Position numbers and translations under genes: made by a program. Below the pieces are notes generated by a model. The model had not been told where the DNA came from, made no database searches, and saw only the letters and a program-made list of their open reading frames with translations. A DNA stretch of 45,527 nucleotides. Source: Hyphochytrium catenoides (lineage: Eukaryota; Protista; Hyphochytriomycota). The first letter of the stretch is position 1; every line of letters starts with the position of its first letter. The stretch lies in contig FLMG01002722.1 of assembly GCA_900088475.1 (NCBI GenBank), positions 1-45,527 on the forward strand, in the 5' to 3' direction. Of this stretch, positions 26,701-39,144 are shown in pieces.

Positions 26701-29700
26701 GAGACATCGCCCCTGTGCCAAGGAACCTCCTTGGGCCAAAATGGGAACATCATAGAGTCAGCTTCTGTTGACGTGTATAGGCCTTGCTTGTTCAGGTGCT
26801 GCCAGAGACAGAGAGCCATAAGAGCAGCACGAAAGGGCATTAGACAGAGACGTTCATCTTGAGTGTAAACAGTGAAAAGCAAGGACGGACGTCCAAGAGA
26901 ACAGCTATGTAGAGAGAGATAGAAGGCAAAATAACGTCGCGGTCGCCGCGCAGCGGACTGACGATGAAGGACGCGGAGAGAGAACATATCTGTCAAGAAA
27001 AATAGAGAGAGAGAGAAAGAGACGAGAGAGAAAGGAGAGAAAGAGACTGAGGGAGATGGGAAGAGACGTAGAGAGGCAACAGAGACAGGAGTGAAAAGTG
27101 TGAATTTGGGATGAACGTGGCATGGGGAGTCGAGAGAGCGCAGATGCAGAGAGAGAAGGAATAGCGAGAGAGACAGCCGTACAGAGATGGCCTGACTGGA
27201 TGAAAGATGTGGGGAGAAAGAGAATGAGGTTTTTATAATAGAGTCCATAGAGTTCAGCCACGGAGCTGAGTATGAGACGAAGCCCAAGGATTAAGATGAG
27301 TGAGCCTCTACACCTCAGAGTGCTGGTGTTCTAACAGCGCTTCCGCGTGGTGGAAGGACTCGCCGCAGGCAGGAAAGGCGCAGACCCAGCGCCGAATCTC
27401 TCTGGAGACGGTGCCCAACACAATCTTCACGTTATAGAAAGACTCCCGGTAGAGCTCAGAGGAGAATGAAGGAAGAGGCGTTAAAGACGACCAGGGCTCG
27501 GCGTTGAGATTGCTTAGTTCTCGAGTAAGGGCCATCCTGTGACGGGAGTCCGACTGAGAGGGCGAAGGGAGAGAAGAGACACTGCCCTCAGGGTTGACCA
27601 GCTGGACGTTAAACTGTGTCAGCGCTTCTTTTAGAGCGAAAGCACGGTCTGGCTGCGGCTTCATAACCGACTGGGAGGAAGAAGAGGAAGACTAACGTGA
27701 GCAAAAGAAAGGAGGCGGGAGACGGACGCCAGACTATCTGACGGCCAATGGTAGGAGGAAGCTCATGCGCGTGTGAGTGAGTGGGAGAGAGAGAGAGAGA
27801 GAGAGAAATAGAGAGAGAGAGAGAAAGAGTGAGAGATAAATTGTAGAATGAGCGAGCGGGAAAGGGAAAGCCTGAGAAATGGAGAGGAGACAGAGTCGAG
27901 AGACGATAACTCATTGAAAGCAATTGAGGAGGCAACGTAAGAGAAAAACTGGGAAAGAGTCAATCTCCTTGCCTTCAGTCTCTCTCTCTCCTTCTCTGTC
28001 ACAGGAGACGCTCCGCTAAGATAGCCATTAGAAATATCTTCTACCAAGAGAGACCACCATTGCGCGAGGGAACCAAAGTTCCGGAAGAAGAAGGAGATAG
28101 TAGGAGCTAGAGAAGGAGAGGAAGTAGACGTTGGAGAGCTTGAGCAAAGAGAAGGAAGAGAGCCATTGGGAGAAGGAGGAGAGACTGCTGTGGCCGGCGA
28201 TCCCGAGGAAGAGAGAAAAGGAAGGAGAAGGTCATGACCTGGGCGGGCGTCTAGCAGCCTCTCCAGCAGGTAGGAGTATGAAGGCAACCAAGGCATCTAG
28301 GGAAGAAATAGTCAGACCTTGGCAAGGTGGCGGCGAAGTAGATCAAGAAAAAAAAGCGTGAAGAACCTAAGGAGAGAAAGATAGGAACACAACGGTGGGA
28401 GACCAAGGAAGACAACAGAGGGCCTCCCTTACCTCCTCTTGCGCCAATGAACGCGAAGCCACTTTCTCTCGAAAGATCCTGCTTCTTCCTTTTCCTCTCT
28501 TCTTTGACACACATGAGAGCTTTCTTCTCCTCCCCTGAATGCATCTGTCTCCTCCTATGCTGCTCCTCCCACCAGCGCTCGACTCTACCATCTCCCCTGC
28601 CCTGTCCATATCCTTCTGTCCCCAGAGGCTTTCGTCGTCCACCGGTTGAAGCTGAGGCTCACCATCATGACGCGTTCTTGGCGGGGCTATGGGTTGCTCT
28701 CCAAGTTCGTCAGCCACGGCTGGGCTGGCACCAGTCTCTGTGTCTTCTTTCCTCTCTCTACTTACAAGCGTGCTGGATAGAACTCCGTCAAACTTGATGT
28801 AGGAGGATGGAGAAGGGCGTGCTAGAATGCGCTGTAGCTGTTAATAACGAGAAGAAGGAGATCCTGAGCGAAGCGCTAAAGGAGTAGTTCCTCTTAATTA
28901 AGAGACTTTCACACTTCTGCCGCTTATCATTGCGCGACCCACTCCCTCCTACACTTGGTCTTGTCCTCTCTTCCTTTTCCTTGTCAAGGTTGCTGACCAT
29001 CCTGAAAATCTTTCTGTAGCCTTGCCAGTCCTCTCTCTTCCTGCCCATCATCTTCAATGTCTGTCTCTCGCGTACCTGTTTCGGTGTGAGGTTGATTCCA
29101 GGAGAGAAGTCGAGATGAGTGCGTGGCGCCGGCACCAGTGCGTGAGCGGCTTGGTAATGTCCACACTCACAGATGTGCGAAGCAAAGAGCGAGGAAGGTT
29201 GTGGTCTCTTGCGAAAGACGAAGCAAGGACACGTTATTCCTAGAGGGAGATAGTAAGCGAGAGAAGGAGGATTGAGGTTGTCAGAGGAGGGCTAATGCAG
29301 GTCGGTAAGTGGAAGGTAGGGGCGGCCAGAAACTCCAAAGGTACAGATAGGAAGAGATGTATTGCCGAGGCAAAGCTAAAGGATGCTAAGGCTAGGGCTT
29401 CTAACACTGTGGAGAGTGCAACGAATGGACTCCAGGTAGGACTGCTTAGGGACCGCTAAATAAAGAGACGAAGATCCCCGCTAAGGGACACGCGACGTTC
29501 AGACAGTAGAGAAAGGAAGGCAAGCGGCTGAGATTGAGGTTTGTGCGGATAGCCATCAATCGATGGGGAGCCAGCTCTTGGAAGGCAAAATAGCACTAGC
29601 ACTGGCAGAGACGTATGTCCAAACGTTGCCGTTGCAGGAGAAAGACGAGAGGAGGAGAGAAAGGACATGACTGACATGCGCAAAGTAGAGTACATCAAGA

Positions 29701-32700
29701 TAAGCTGTGAGGTGGGAGACATCATGGAAGGAGTCAGACACATGCCTTGCTTTCCTTCTCTCGTGCATCTTCCATGAGTAACACAAGTGGCGCAGATTTT
29801 CCTTCGGTGTCGTGTGCACGGCGTTGGCTGGAGAGAGGCGAAGCGGCAGAAAGCACGCTCGTCTACCCTCCCGTTCCCCAACGTACAGAACCTTTGTATG
29901 AGCAACAGGAGCTCATGCTCTTGAACTTCTGGCCAAATGTGCCTGAGAGCACACGCAATTGAAAGGAGGTAAAGGAGCTGTTGCAGACGGGATCATAGAA
30001 TGTGACAGAGCAATCCCTCGATTGAAGATGCGGAGAGAGAGGGCGTCCAGAAAGACTAGGTGGCATTGACGGAGGGTTAAGAAGAGGGAGAGATAGTTAA
30101 CATAGACCGGTTGAAAGAGCAATCGACGGAAAGAAAGGAAAGTTCTTAGCCGACCTGACGATAACTTCTCTAAACTCTGTCTTTGCGACGCCTCTCTGAT
30201 CTCCTGGCCTTCTTCTTGCTTCGAAGTAGTCCATCAGCTCCTTCGCTCTGTGGTAAGTTTCCTCCCCTGTTCGACCCTCTTCACTGCCTAGTTGGTGTCT
30301 TGAACTGTCCTCTCTTCCTCCTTTCTCACCACTCGGAGGCGAGTAGCAGGCCGTGTCCAAGGCCGCTCTCATGCGCCAGCTTTTCACCAAGCTCTCCATC
30401 GCCCTCACCTGGTCCACAAAGTCTTCCCAGTGCTTGGCAGTGACGAGACCAAAGTCTGAGTCCATCAAGAAGCTCCTTTTCCTCGCTTCTCCCACGCTAC
30501 CGCCCAAGCTAGCCAATCTGTCTCTCAGTCGCTGCCGCAGAGCAGGCTCAGGAATGCGAAAAAGATTCGATAGCCTACGGGCAGGAGGCGCCAACCAGGA
30601 GCAAGTGGTGAGACACCCATGGAATGGATCAATGCATTGTCTCTATCTTCACCCTGGATCTTTTCCTCCTCCGTCGTGTATCATCTCCATGTCGCTTAGT
30701 CTTTTGTTAGCAAGCAAGGCCGCCCACAGAGGCATTAAAACTGATGTGCACACCTGCTGGAGGTCCTTGGACTGAAGGTGTCTTGACACCCTATTCCACC
30801 TTTCTTTCGCCTGAATCTACGCTGAAGCCTAACAACCGCGTCAAAAATAAGCCAGAACTGGTCGAAGAGGACCCTTCGTCGTTTATAGAAGGCTCTACGG
30901 CATGCGAAGCCGCGCCTAGAAGAGAAATGATGATGAGCGGGATGTTCCATAGAGAAAGGCGGAGGATATTAACGCTTTTGAAATGAAGAAGTAACGGAGA
31001 GGGCCAAAGACAGAGACGGACTTTGCAGAAGAGAGTGTCCTCCTGAAAGAGACAAAGTAAAGCTCTAGGCAAAATTTGTCTAAAAGCGCTAGGAGAGCAG
31101 ACGCCGCCTACCAGATCCTTTGTATCTCTATCGCCGGACTCTTGCGAGGTTCATCGCCTTTCTTCCTTTGCGACTCTATGTGGGATGGAGATGTATCTGC
31201 TGCCTTCTCTCGGTAGGTTGACACTATGACGGTGACATCAGGTTGTGACACTGCGTCTCTGCCATTTGTCTCTGTTTTGTCCATCGAGAATTTGCCGCTT
31301 AAGACACTGCTCCTCCGCCTTTCGGATCCGACTACTAGAAAAGACTTTGAACTGCTTTCTTCTCGTTTTTCCCTAGGCTCAGACGGGAAGGGAAGGGGCG
31401 GAAGCGGAACCAAGAGCTCGCGCCACAGCGCAACGACTTTGTACATCTTCCCCAATCTTCTAAGCGTTGGTTGCCAAAGCACCTTCTTCCTGCAGACCCT
31501 GCTCATGCCTTCACTTACCGCTTCCAAACAGGCTCTATTTGCGGTGAACCTTATGTCTCTCTGTCTTTCATCCCTCATTTTCCTCTCTCTCTTCTCTCTC
31601 AGGGTCTCTAGGTATCGGTGATGGTAATGCTGCAACACCAGTGCCGCTCTATTTCTTCTCCAGTAAGCTTGAGCGGAACGCAGCCTTCTTACTCTACGGC
31701 GTCCCAAGTAGCCTCGGACACTTCTCTGAATGACAGTAGCTGCAGCGTTAACCTCTGCCTCTGACCGCCGAAGAGATCGCAGCCGGTGGAGAAGGATGGC
31801 AGAGAATGAGAGCCCCCGCTGTATCTCGTGACCCTTCTCATCTTGGTTCCTGCGTTCCAGGGTGACAGGCGCCGAGGTGTGACCGGCGAAGAGTGTCGAT
31901 GAGGCAGCGGGAGTTTGAGAGGAGGGAGGAGGATAGGTCTTGGGAGCCAAGGGATGGCGTCTTCCTCTTTCTTTATGTTCACCCTTTGCATCTTTACTCT
32001 CCAACGCATTCGCTGGTCTTCTTCCAGGTGGGGACCGACGCCGGCTGTTATTAGACAGTGGGTCCTCCGTTGCTAACACGTCCAAGAGAAGTTTTCCTTT
32101 TTCCAAGTCCCTTTCCATTGCCCTCTTTCTCTCTTCCAATGTCGGCCCTCGAATGGTTCGGTAATGGGACTGGAGAACCGAAGGCAGACGACGGAGAGCG
32201 AGAACAGGCGCTGACAAGACACCCACGGCCTCCTGAATTAGCTTTCTCTTTAGTTCTTCGTCTTTGCGCCTCGCCTCTTCCTTTTTGCGTCTTTCTCTCT
32301 CGTCCTGCTCTCTTTCTACCTCCACATCCTCCTTTTGCCGGTGCAGTTCGTTGTAGTCTTGCCATGGTAGGTCGCTGGAAGAGGCCGATCCTACGTCAAC
32401 GTCCTTTCGGAGCCTTCGAAGTCCTGCCTTTGAGTCGACTGCCAGGACCTTTAGGGCAAGATCCAAATTCTTTCGACGGGCTGCAATGGCCTAGAAAAAG
32501 CGAGTTAGTAGAAAGAGAAATAAAGGTCGAACAAGACAGAACCATAACTAAGCTAGTGAAAGATCTGGGGACTAGGGCGCAGACGAGATTCAAAGAGTGA
32601 GGCTCAAGGTAGGGGCTGTTGAGAAAAGAGAGGCGGCTCCCTCAGAGGGAAGAGAGAAGGGAGAAGTGACATTGACATAGAGTCGTAGGTAAGAAGGCAG

Positions 32701-32997
32701 GAAGAGCTGTAGTCTGAACAGCAGGAGAGAGATCTTGAGGAAGGACGGAATTTGACTGTCATAGAGCTAGGGGCTAGAATCTCAAAATATAGAGAATACC
32801 TCCAGACCAAGAAGAGTTAACGACAGAAGCTTCTTGCATGCGAAACGATAGGACGCCCATGGTGCGTTACTTACCTCCAAGGAGCTACCCTTCCCTGCGA
32901 TGGTCCTCGGTCTAACCAGCTGGAGGAGTAGTTGTCCTGGAAGTCCAGAGGCGGTCGCTTTCTGGTCGCTTACGTCCATCCCTGTTGGCAACTTCAT
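23781..32997 (-). CDS. Large uncharacterised protein (~1900 aa, ~13 exons): IQ motifs, EF-hand-like pair, Cys/His clusters, C2H2 zinc finger, BAH-like domain
   Basis: Phase-consistent exons: (32997-32875, tentative), 32490-31112, 30915-30754, 30574-30155, 29942-29746, 29239-28998, 28792-28433, 28296-27937, 27670-27314, 26798-25680, 25343-25032, 24705-24460, 24293-23781. Splicing rebuilds motifs across junctions: IQ motif IQRIW|RGFACRR, C2H2 CAFPAC-x12-HQHSE|H, BAH-like LAFFK|DADGGAWVAFHKFY and ELYEGTAIFFA|DIKSIIDECFV. A further IQ motif, IQRSVRGYLGRR, lies within an exon. Whether this is one gene rather than two is inferred. Confidence 0.65.
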
Positions 32998-33570
32998 TGT
33001 AGACCACTAATCTCTGGCGATGCGGGGCAAGAGTCGTGTCTTTGTGGCTTTAGAAGTTTTTGCCATTGGCCCGCAGTGTGGGCGGGGGGATGTTCAGGAG
33101 GATCACGCCAGAGACGTCCTGCATACATTTCTCTATAATAACCCTGCTTCTGCTTCGTACTATCTAGAACGAAGTCAAGAGCCCGCCGTTGTTGTCAAGC
33201 GCAAGAAGCAGTCGCAAGGAGTCAAGTATCTTCGATAGGTAGTCCTTTGCATTCGTGCAGACTCTTCAATGTTTCGTACGATTTTCAGTGGAAAAAAGCT
33301 GACTGACGGTGAGAACGACGATTGGATGTAAGAGGGAGGTGGTGCTCTTCGACCCTATTATGGAACTCTCCTGCCTCCTCCCCGCCTATGGAACTTTCCC
33401 GCAATCTCCCCCGCCACTGCTAGAAGTAAATGCCTCTCTCCTGCAGCTCCTCCCTCCTTCCTTCGCTCCTCCTCCCCACGCCGTGCAGCCTGCTGCTGCC
33501 ATGTCGCGACCGAGCTCGTATAGTCTGTCGGCCGGTCAGCTCGCGCAGAAAGGCGTTACGGGGACGAGCG

Positions 33571-33997
33571 GTACTGGACTTCAACTACTCTAGACCTGGA
33601 CCTGTACTTGCTTCACCAACAAGTACTACCAAAGATCTGCCGAGTATTTGTAATACTTGTCAAGAGGCTCCCAGAGCTACAGTGTACTACTGTCCACGAA
33701 GAGGAGACACAAATAAAGGGAGGTTTGGAAGTGCAGAGCGGATACTTGCACAGTTACAAGTACGTGGTACTGTACACAAGTAAAAGTTGTACCGTGAGGC
33801 GGTAAGTCCAAGTAGCAACCTCCTAACAAGTATTTGTACAGGTACAAACAAGTACTTGTACAGGGTGTAGTTCTTGAGCCATGTCGTGCTAATAATGTAT
33901 CTAGAAGAGCATCGAGTTCTAGTGGATAGTAGTACAGCACAACCATGGTGACTGGATAATGCAAGGGCCAGTACTGTTTGGGTAGAAGTCCAAGTAC
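33571..33997. repeat. GTAC / ACAAGTAC-rich cluster
   Basis: 15 GTAC sites counted in ~430 bp. An 18-bp near-perfect direct repeat AACAAGTA(T/C)TTGTACAGG lies at 33825-33842 and 33847-33864, and a palindrome ACAAGTACTTGT at 33848-33859. Confidence 0.75.
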
Positions 33998-35494
33998 TCC
34001 GTAACTTACTTTGGTTATTATGTATGAAAAGTTGTAGTTCTACAGTATGCTCGCTCTTCTTGGCACGAAAGCAATAACAATCTGACCTGATCTTCATAGA
34101 TGCAGTCGTCGGCATCAGAGAGCTGCAGAAGTCATCATCAGCGGAGGGTAAGGCTTGGGGCGAAGCGAAGAGGAATGTGAATCATCATATTTGTCTTTAT
34201 ATGAAGAGAAGCAACTATTGTTTCGCTAGCTGGTTGACTTGACTATGCTATTCCTCTCCTCCTTCTTTTCTGCTGCATAATAATAGTCGCCGGTCACAAC
34301 AGAAGAAAGATCTTCTTCTCTTCCAAATCTAATAATAAGCTCTACCAGGGCAGCCGCCAAACTGTACGAACCAAAAAATGCAAATCCATAACCTCTACTA
34401 CTGTATGAGCCCTCTTGAATAGTTCTAAACAGGCGGCACGGCAAATAACGCAATTTAATGAGTCCGATAGTGGATAGTTTGTGCTTCTACATTTTTTCTT
34501 GTCAACCTCAACCAACTCCTCTTACTTTCTTATATTATCGACACATTACACAGAAGAACGATGGAGGAGAAGAAGGAGGAAAAGGAAGAAAGAAGAAGAA
34601 GAAGAGAGACAACAAGTCTTGTTGCTCGTCTCTTCATCCACTCTCTTCTTTCTGTCCCCTCGTTCGTTGTCGAAAGGAAGAATTATAGTTCGAGCCCCGA
34701 CAATAACAGAGGAGAAGGAGGAGGAGAAGATCGAGCGTCGCTGAGACCATAATACATCATGAGACTCCTCGACCAGGCAAGCAAGAGAAGGTTCCAAAAG
34801 CTGAAAAGGAATGAAGCGCACTTTCTTCTCGCATGGATGGCAAATGAGACTCTTGTTTGATGTTGAGCTAAAGCCATCGCCAATCGAAGAAGAGACGATT
34901 GGCCATGATGCTGGGGAAAGCATCATCCAGTGAAGAGCAATCACACACAGTGAAGCTTCACAAGCTACTGCACACAGTCCAGAACACAAGGAATAACGTG
35001 GAGAGAGAGCAGAAAAAAAAGCGAATAATTCAGAGACAAAAGAATCAAAAGCGATGGGGGGTGTGATTGTACCAAAGTTTCGTACACCTTCCACACCCGT
35101 CATTAAACATGAAATCACTGCTGGAAGAGCGTTTCAAATCCAAGGTAGGCGAGCAGAGCTCGCATTTGCCAAGGGTGAGCTCCAAACCAATATGTGGGTT
35201 GTTGACGTGGAATTTGGGAAGAGCCTTTCGCGACATTCTCTATTGTGCCCATAGGAGAGACCTCATCGAGGTGGTACCACGCGTGGAGGTCCAAGGTGGA
35301 TGCAGAGTCAGCGATGATGTCGGCGACAATAGATTGAAGGATTAACCCGAATCCCTGACGACCAAAAGGGTCACTTTTTATTATTAGTATAGCAAAGCAA
35401 GTATAGATACCGATAGGATGAAGATTCGTTCTCTTTCGCTCCGGATTGGAGGATAAAAGCGTATCTTATGATTAGAGTAAGTAGCTGCTAGAGC

Positions 35495-36873
35495 TTATGA
35501 CCCGCATATTTGGATGTCATCTTCGGGTTCTACTCGTTCCTTCGTCAAGATTCTATTATAACGTAAGAGTAAGTCCTCGACTGCTGTGTGGTGCCCATAA
35601 TGCTGGACTCCAAGGATTCTTGCCAATCTCCTTCCTCTTTCTTTCTCTCTCAATACAGAGAGAACTTTTTCGCGACAAAGTCATCCACATTATCAGGTTC
35701 AAAGAACCAGTTGATGCTTCCTTCGTCTGTGTTTTCTACGTCGCTGCAGAATTCTTGTGTCCCTTGTTCTTCTGCACCTAGACAACTGTAGGCAGCAGGA
35801 AAAGCTCCAGCCAAAGGAATAACCACTGGCGTCCCACAACAGAGAGATTCCGCGATGGTGACACCAAAAGTCTCAGAGTCTGATGCGGTGACATGAATAT
35901 CGGAAAGGGCGTAACAGCGCGCGAGGGTCTCTCTCCCTAATATCATGCCGACGAAGAAAATTCTCCTGTTAGTCTCTGTTTTTATCCGCATTAAGTACTC
36001 CTCCCAGCTCGACTCAAACTTCCGTGAGTCTAGGAGTTCCATAGAGACTCTCTTCGGCCCGAAGAGCTCATAGGATAGACTGACAAGTCTATCCCTGTCT
36101 GGACCATCACCCGCAATGAGGAGCTTCGCGTGGGGATGAAGACTGTGATGCGCCATTGCTTTAATAAGAAACTCCACGTTCTTCTCCTTTCCTAGCCTAC
36201 CAACGTAGCAGAGAAGAGGGCCCTCTTCTTCTTGCTCCATAATCTTTCCTGTAGGCACTTTTGAGGTCTTTTCTTCATCGTCTGCACTACCTCTTTTTGA
36301 TAGTAGGCACTTTGCGGGAGAAAATACTTCCGTGTCAACTCCGCTCTTCATTAGGTGAATTTTCTTTCCGTGAGCAAGCACTGCCTGATCTGCAATCTTC
36401 GATGGGATTCCTATCTCTTCTGCAAAGAGACCGACGATCCGTAAGTAAACATTAGCATGAGTCCACGTGGCTAGGTTGTAAAACCATTCTGGAAGATCAT
36501 ACGCCTTCCCATACTTCTCCAGCGCAACGTGATGCGAAGCGTAGATTTTGATGCCTCTCAACCAAAAGAGAGGCAAGAGCAAAACAAAAGGGAGGCAGAG
36601 CGGAAGAACAATATGTAACAAGTCGTAAGGAAGACGCTGGAAAGGATTCAACAGCTCAAAAAATAGCCGAGGGGGAATCATCCAGAAAGTCCGTTGTTCT
36701 TTATAGAAAGGCTGGACGATGGATGGTCCTACATAGTGGCATTCTGTCCCCTTCACTGAGCAGACGGTGACAGAATGTCCTCGAGCCCGAAAACCTCGGA
36801 TAAGGCCGTCAAATCTCACCGCAATGCCAGAGACGTAAGGGGGAAGGTATTCTGTTACCACCAGGATGTGCAT
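35495..36873 (-). CDS. Glycosyltransferase family 4 (GT-B), intronless, with a frameshift near the C-terminus (pseudogene, assembly error or recoding)
   Basis: N-terminal MHILVVTEYLPPYVSGI..GHSVTV, then SGVD..F, YVGRLGKEKN, LLIAGDGP, and the GT4 E-x7-E motif SETFGVTIAES. The zero frame stops at 35650. The -1 frame from the A5 run (35666-35670) continues VLSVLREKERGRRLARILGVQHYGHHTAVEDLLLRYNRIL...TAA (35495), which resembles the usual GT4 C-terminal helices. Confidence 0.85.
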
Positions 36874-39144
36874 CTTTCCTCTCGTTCCCCTCTGCAATTC
36901 AGGATGCTCAGCGACCTGGTAGATGCTCACTCTTCTTCTCCTTCTCTGCCCAACACTTTCTACTTGTCTTCTTCAGCCCTGCTTAGGCAAGGTTATATAC
37001 GAGTACTTCTTGCAACATTAAGCAACATTAATGGAGAAAGAGGATCGATGAAAGTTCCTGAGCTATTGCAACTCACAAGAGCAGTTTTCCGCCGGTCTCT
37101 TTGCATAGGCCACGTTATGAGGTTGCGGCAAAATCCGTTGTACTACTGTGACCAGCATTTGATGTAGACCTGTTTGCGTCTGACAGACCAAGTGAGCGTA
37201 GAGTGAGTGAGCGCCATGGCGACAGACAAGTCAACCCGGCTGAACGGTTTAGATTGACTACTAGAGGGAGCCTAAAGCTGGGGCCGAGAGCGAGTAGGGC
37301 GGCAAGTTGAGGCTCACGTTCAACGGTAAACCGAAAAGAAGGTTTTGGTACCTTTATCTGGCTCTCGCATGACTCTCGCTTGTGTCATCCCTCTTTTATT
37401 ACTTCTCATTGTTCCTTCTTTTTCCTCCCGCTCTCTGTCTCGGCCATCACTCTTTTTCCACATTTCATGCGTTCCTAAGATAAAATGTTTTGAACGGGGT
37501 CATCGAATCCTTTCCATGCGTTCCTAAGATTCCATGTTGCTCTTTCGTTGCCATTCTTTCGTCGTTCTATCTTTTAGACTTCTGCTCTATGTTGGATCTT
37601 CGACTGGTGGTAGTCCCTTGTAAACTCGCTCCAGACTACCGAAGAAGAACTCGAAGAAGCATCTTCTTCTCCCCCACGAACCAGGAAACTACGACCTCTA
37701 CGGGTATCGTCAGAGCGGAGTTGAAGTTCCAACCAACCAAAAGAATAATAATCCATGCAGCCTAAATTGGTTATTGAACTGTCGACGCAGTTTCCACGTC
37801 AGCAATGAGTGCACAGTCTATCGACTGTCGCAATGTACTAGCTCTGCACCTCGGACTATTTCAATCGTTCTACTACAGTACTCGGAAAATTGACCTACTT
37901 CTTCACCGTGGACTTAGGTCTATCGACTATCGCGAACTACTTCTACTACTACTGACAATGAGCTACCATACACAGATACACAGACAGTATTTGTCAAGGA
38001 GCTTGTGAAAACGGAAGAACCACTCTCAACCATTGCCATTGAGAACGGACCCTGGCGCTATGCGAGGTTTACAACCGCCGTCCCTAATCACACCACCTCT
38101 GTCTCAAGGTGGGGAATTCCTCTAGTCTAAGTCCCAACCACCAGCCGCTTTTACCTAGGAAAACGTTCTGATGAAGAGAGGGAGTCAATCCGTTACGGGA
38201 CCTGTAGAACTAGGAGAAGGGGTATAGGGTGATAAAACTATTTTATAAATACTTCCTTCTTCTTCGTCACTCAACAAGGGCACTCAACAAGTGATAAAAG
38301 TGTTCTTTAAATTACTCATTCGTTCTACCGAAAGTCGGCATCCTCGTGAGACCGATAAACAAGATTCTTAGTCGCTATGTTTCCCCGCCTACCTGCCGCC
38401 ACCACTGCAGTGGGTCTACTCACCCCCATGACCATTGACAAGGAGGGTCGCCCGACTTCACTATGTTCTATCTTCTATGAGATTTTAGTTCTACAACATC
38501 ATCGTCCACCAACCGTGTCGCGGCCATCTTCGACCCCGAGACGTTCTTTCCTTCCTCATTCTTTCACCATATACGTAGAAAGCTACATCATTCTTGCCCT
38601 TCTGCTGGCCTCTGTTTGCCTAAAGCCTAATAAAGCGCTAACTAGCCGCTCCTACAACCATGTCCACGTCCTCCTTACTCTGTTGACATCCGCAGTTGAA
38701 AGAGAAGAATCGGTACATCGGGTAATATTTTCCACGATCCTCATTTCTTGGCCATAACTTGACAAGCTGCACAATGCTTTACAACAAAGACTGCGATGGA
38801 AGAGGGCAGTTAGATTGGAGAACAGACAGAGTTTAGTGGCTGCCGTTGTTGGCCATCACTATCCCAAGCCAGGCGAGAGAACAGATACCAAAAGACACGA
38901 CGCATATCGCATATCGCTACTAGAGTTATAAGCAAAGTGACAGGATTACTTCCGACCGCGCCACCAGGCGCAATATTTCTACAAGTCTGAAACATCAGGT
39001 TGACACCAAGTAGAGAGATTCACACCAGAGGACCGAGAAGCAAGAGCAAATCGAGGGAATCGTCTTGGAACTATATCATGGGCGTGGGCATGAATCAGCA
39101 CAAGGAAAAGCCAGAAGATTGACTGAAGTTAAGAGAAAGGGATA

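Noticed and set aside
33640-33700. RING-like peptide ICNTCQEAPRATVYYCP in ORF 33430-33783
   Set aside because: The remaining Cys/His ligands are missing, and it lies in the GTAC-biased patch, which generates Cys/Tyr/Thr codons by chance.
34100-35400. ORFs 34546-35118, 35054-35254 and 35067-35345 as a gene or transposase remnant
   Set aside because: No family motif, terminal repeat or consistent frame recognised.
37466-37530. 16-bp direct repeat with a 33-bp spacer, superficially CRISPR-like
   Set aside because: Only two short copies, eukaryotic context, and no cas genes.
38155-38215. CTGATGA near GAAA, hammerhead-ribozyme-like words
   Set aside because: No flanking stems or correct core order could be formed.
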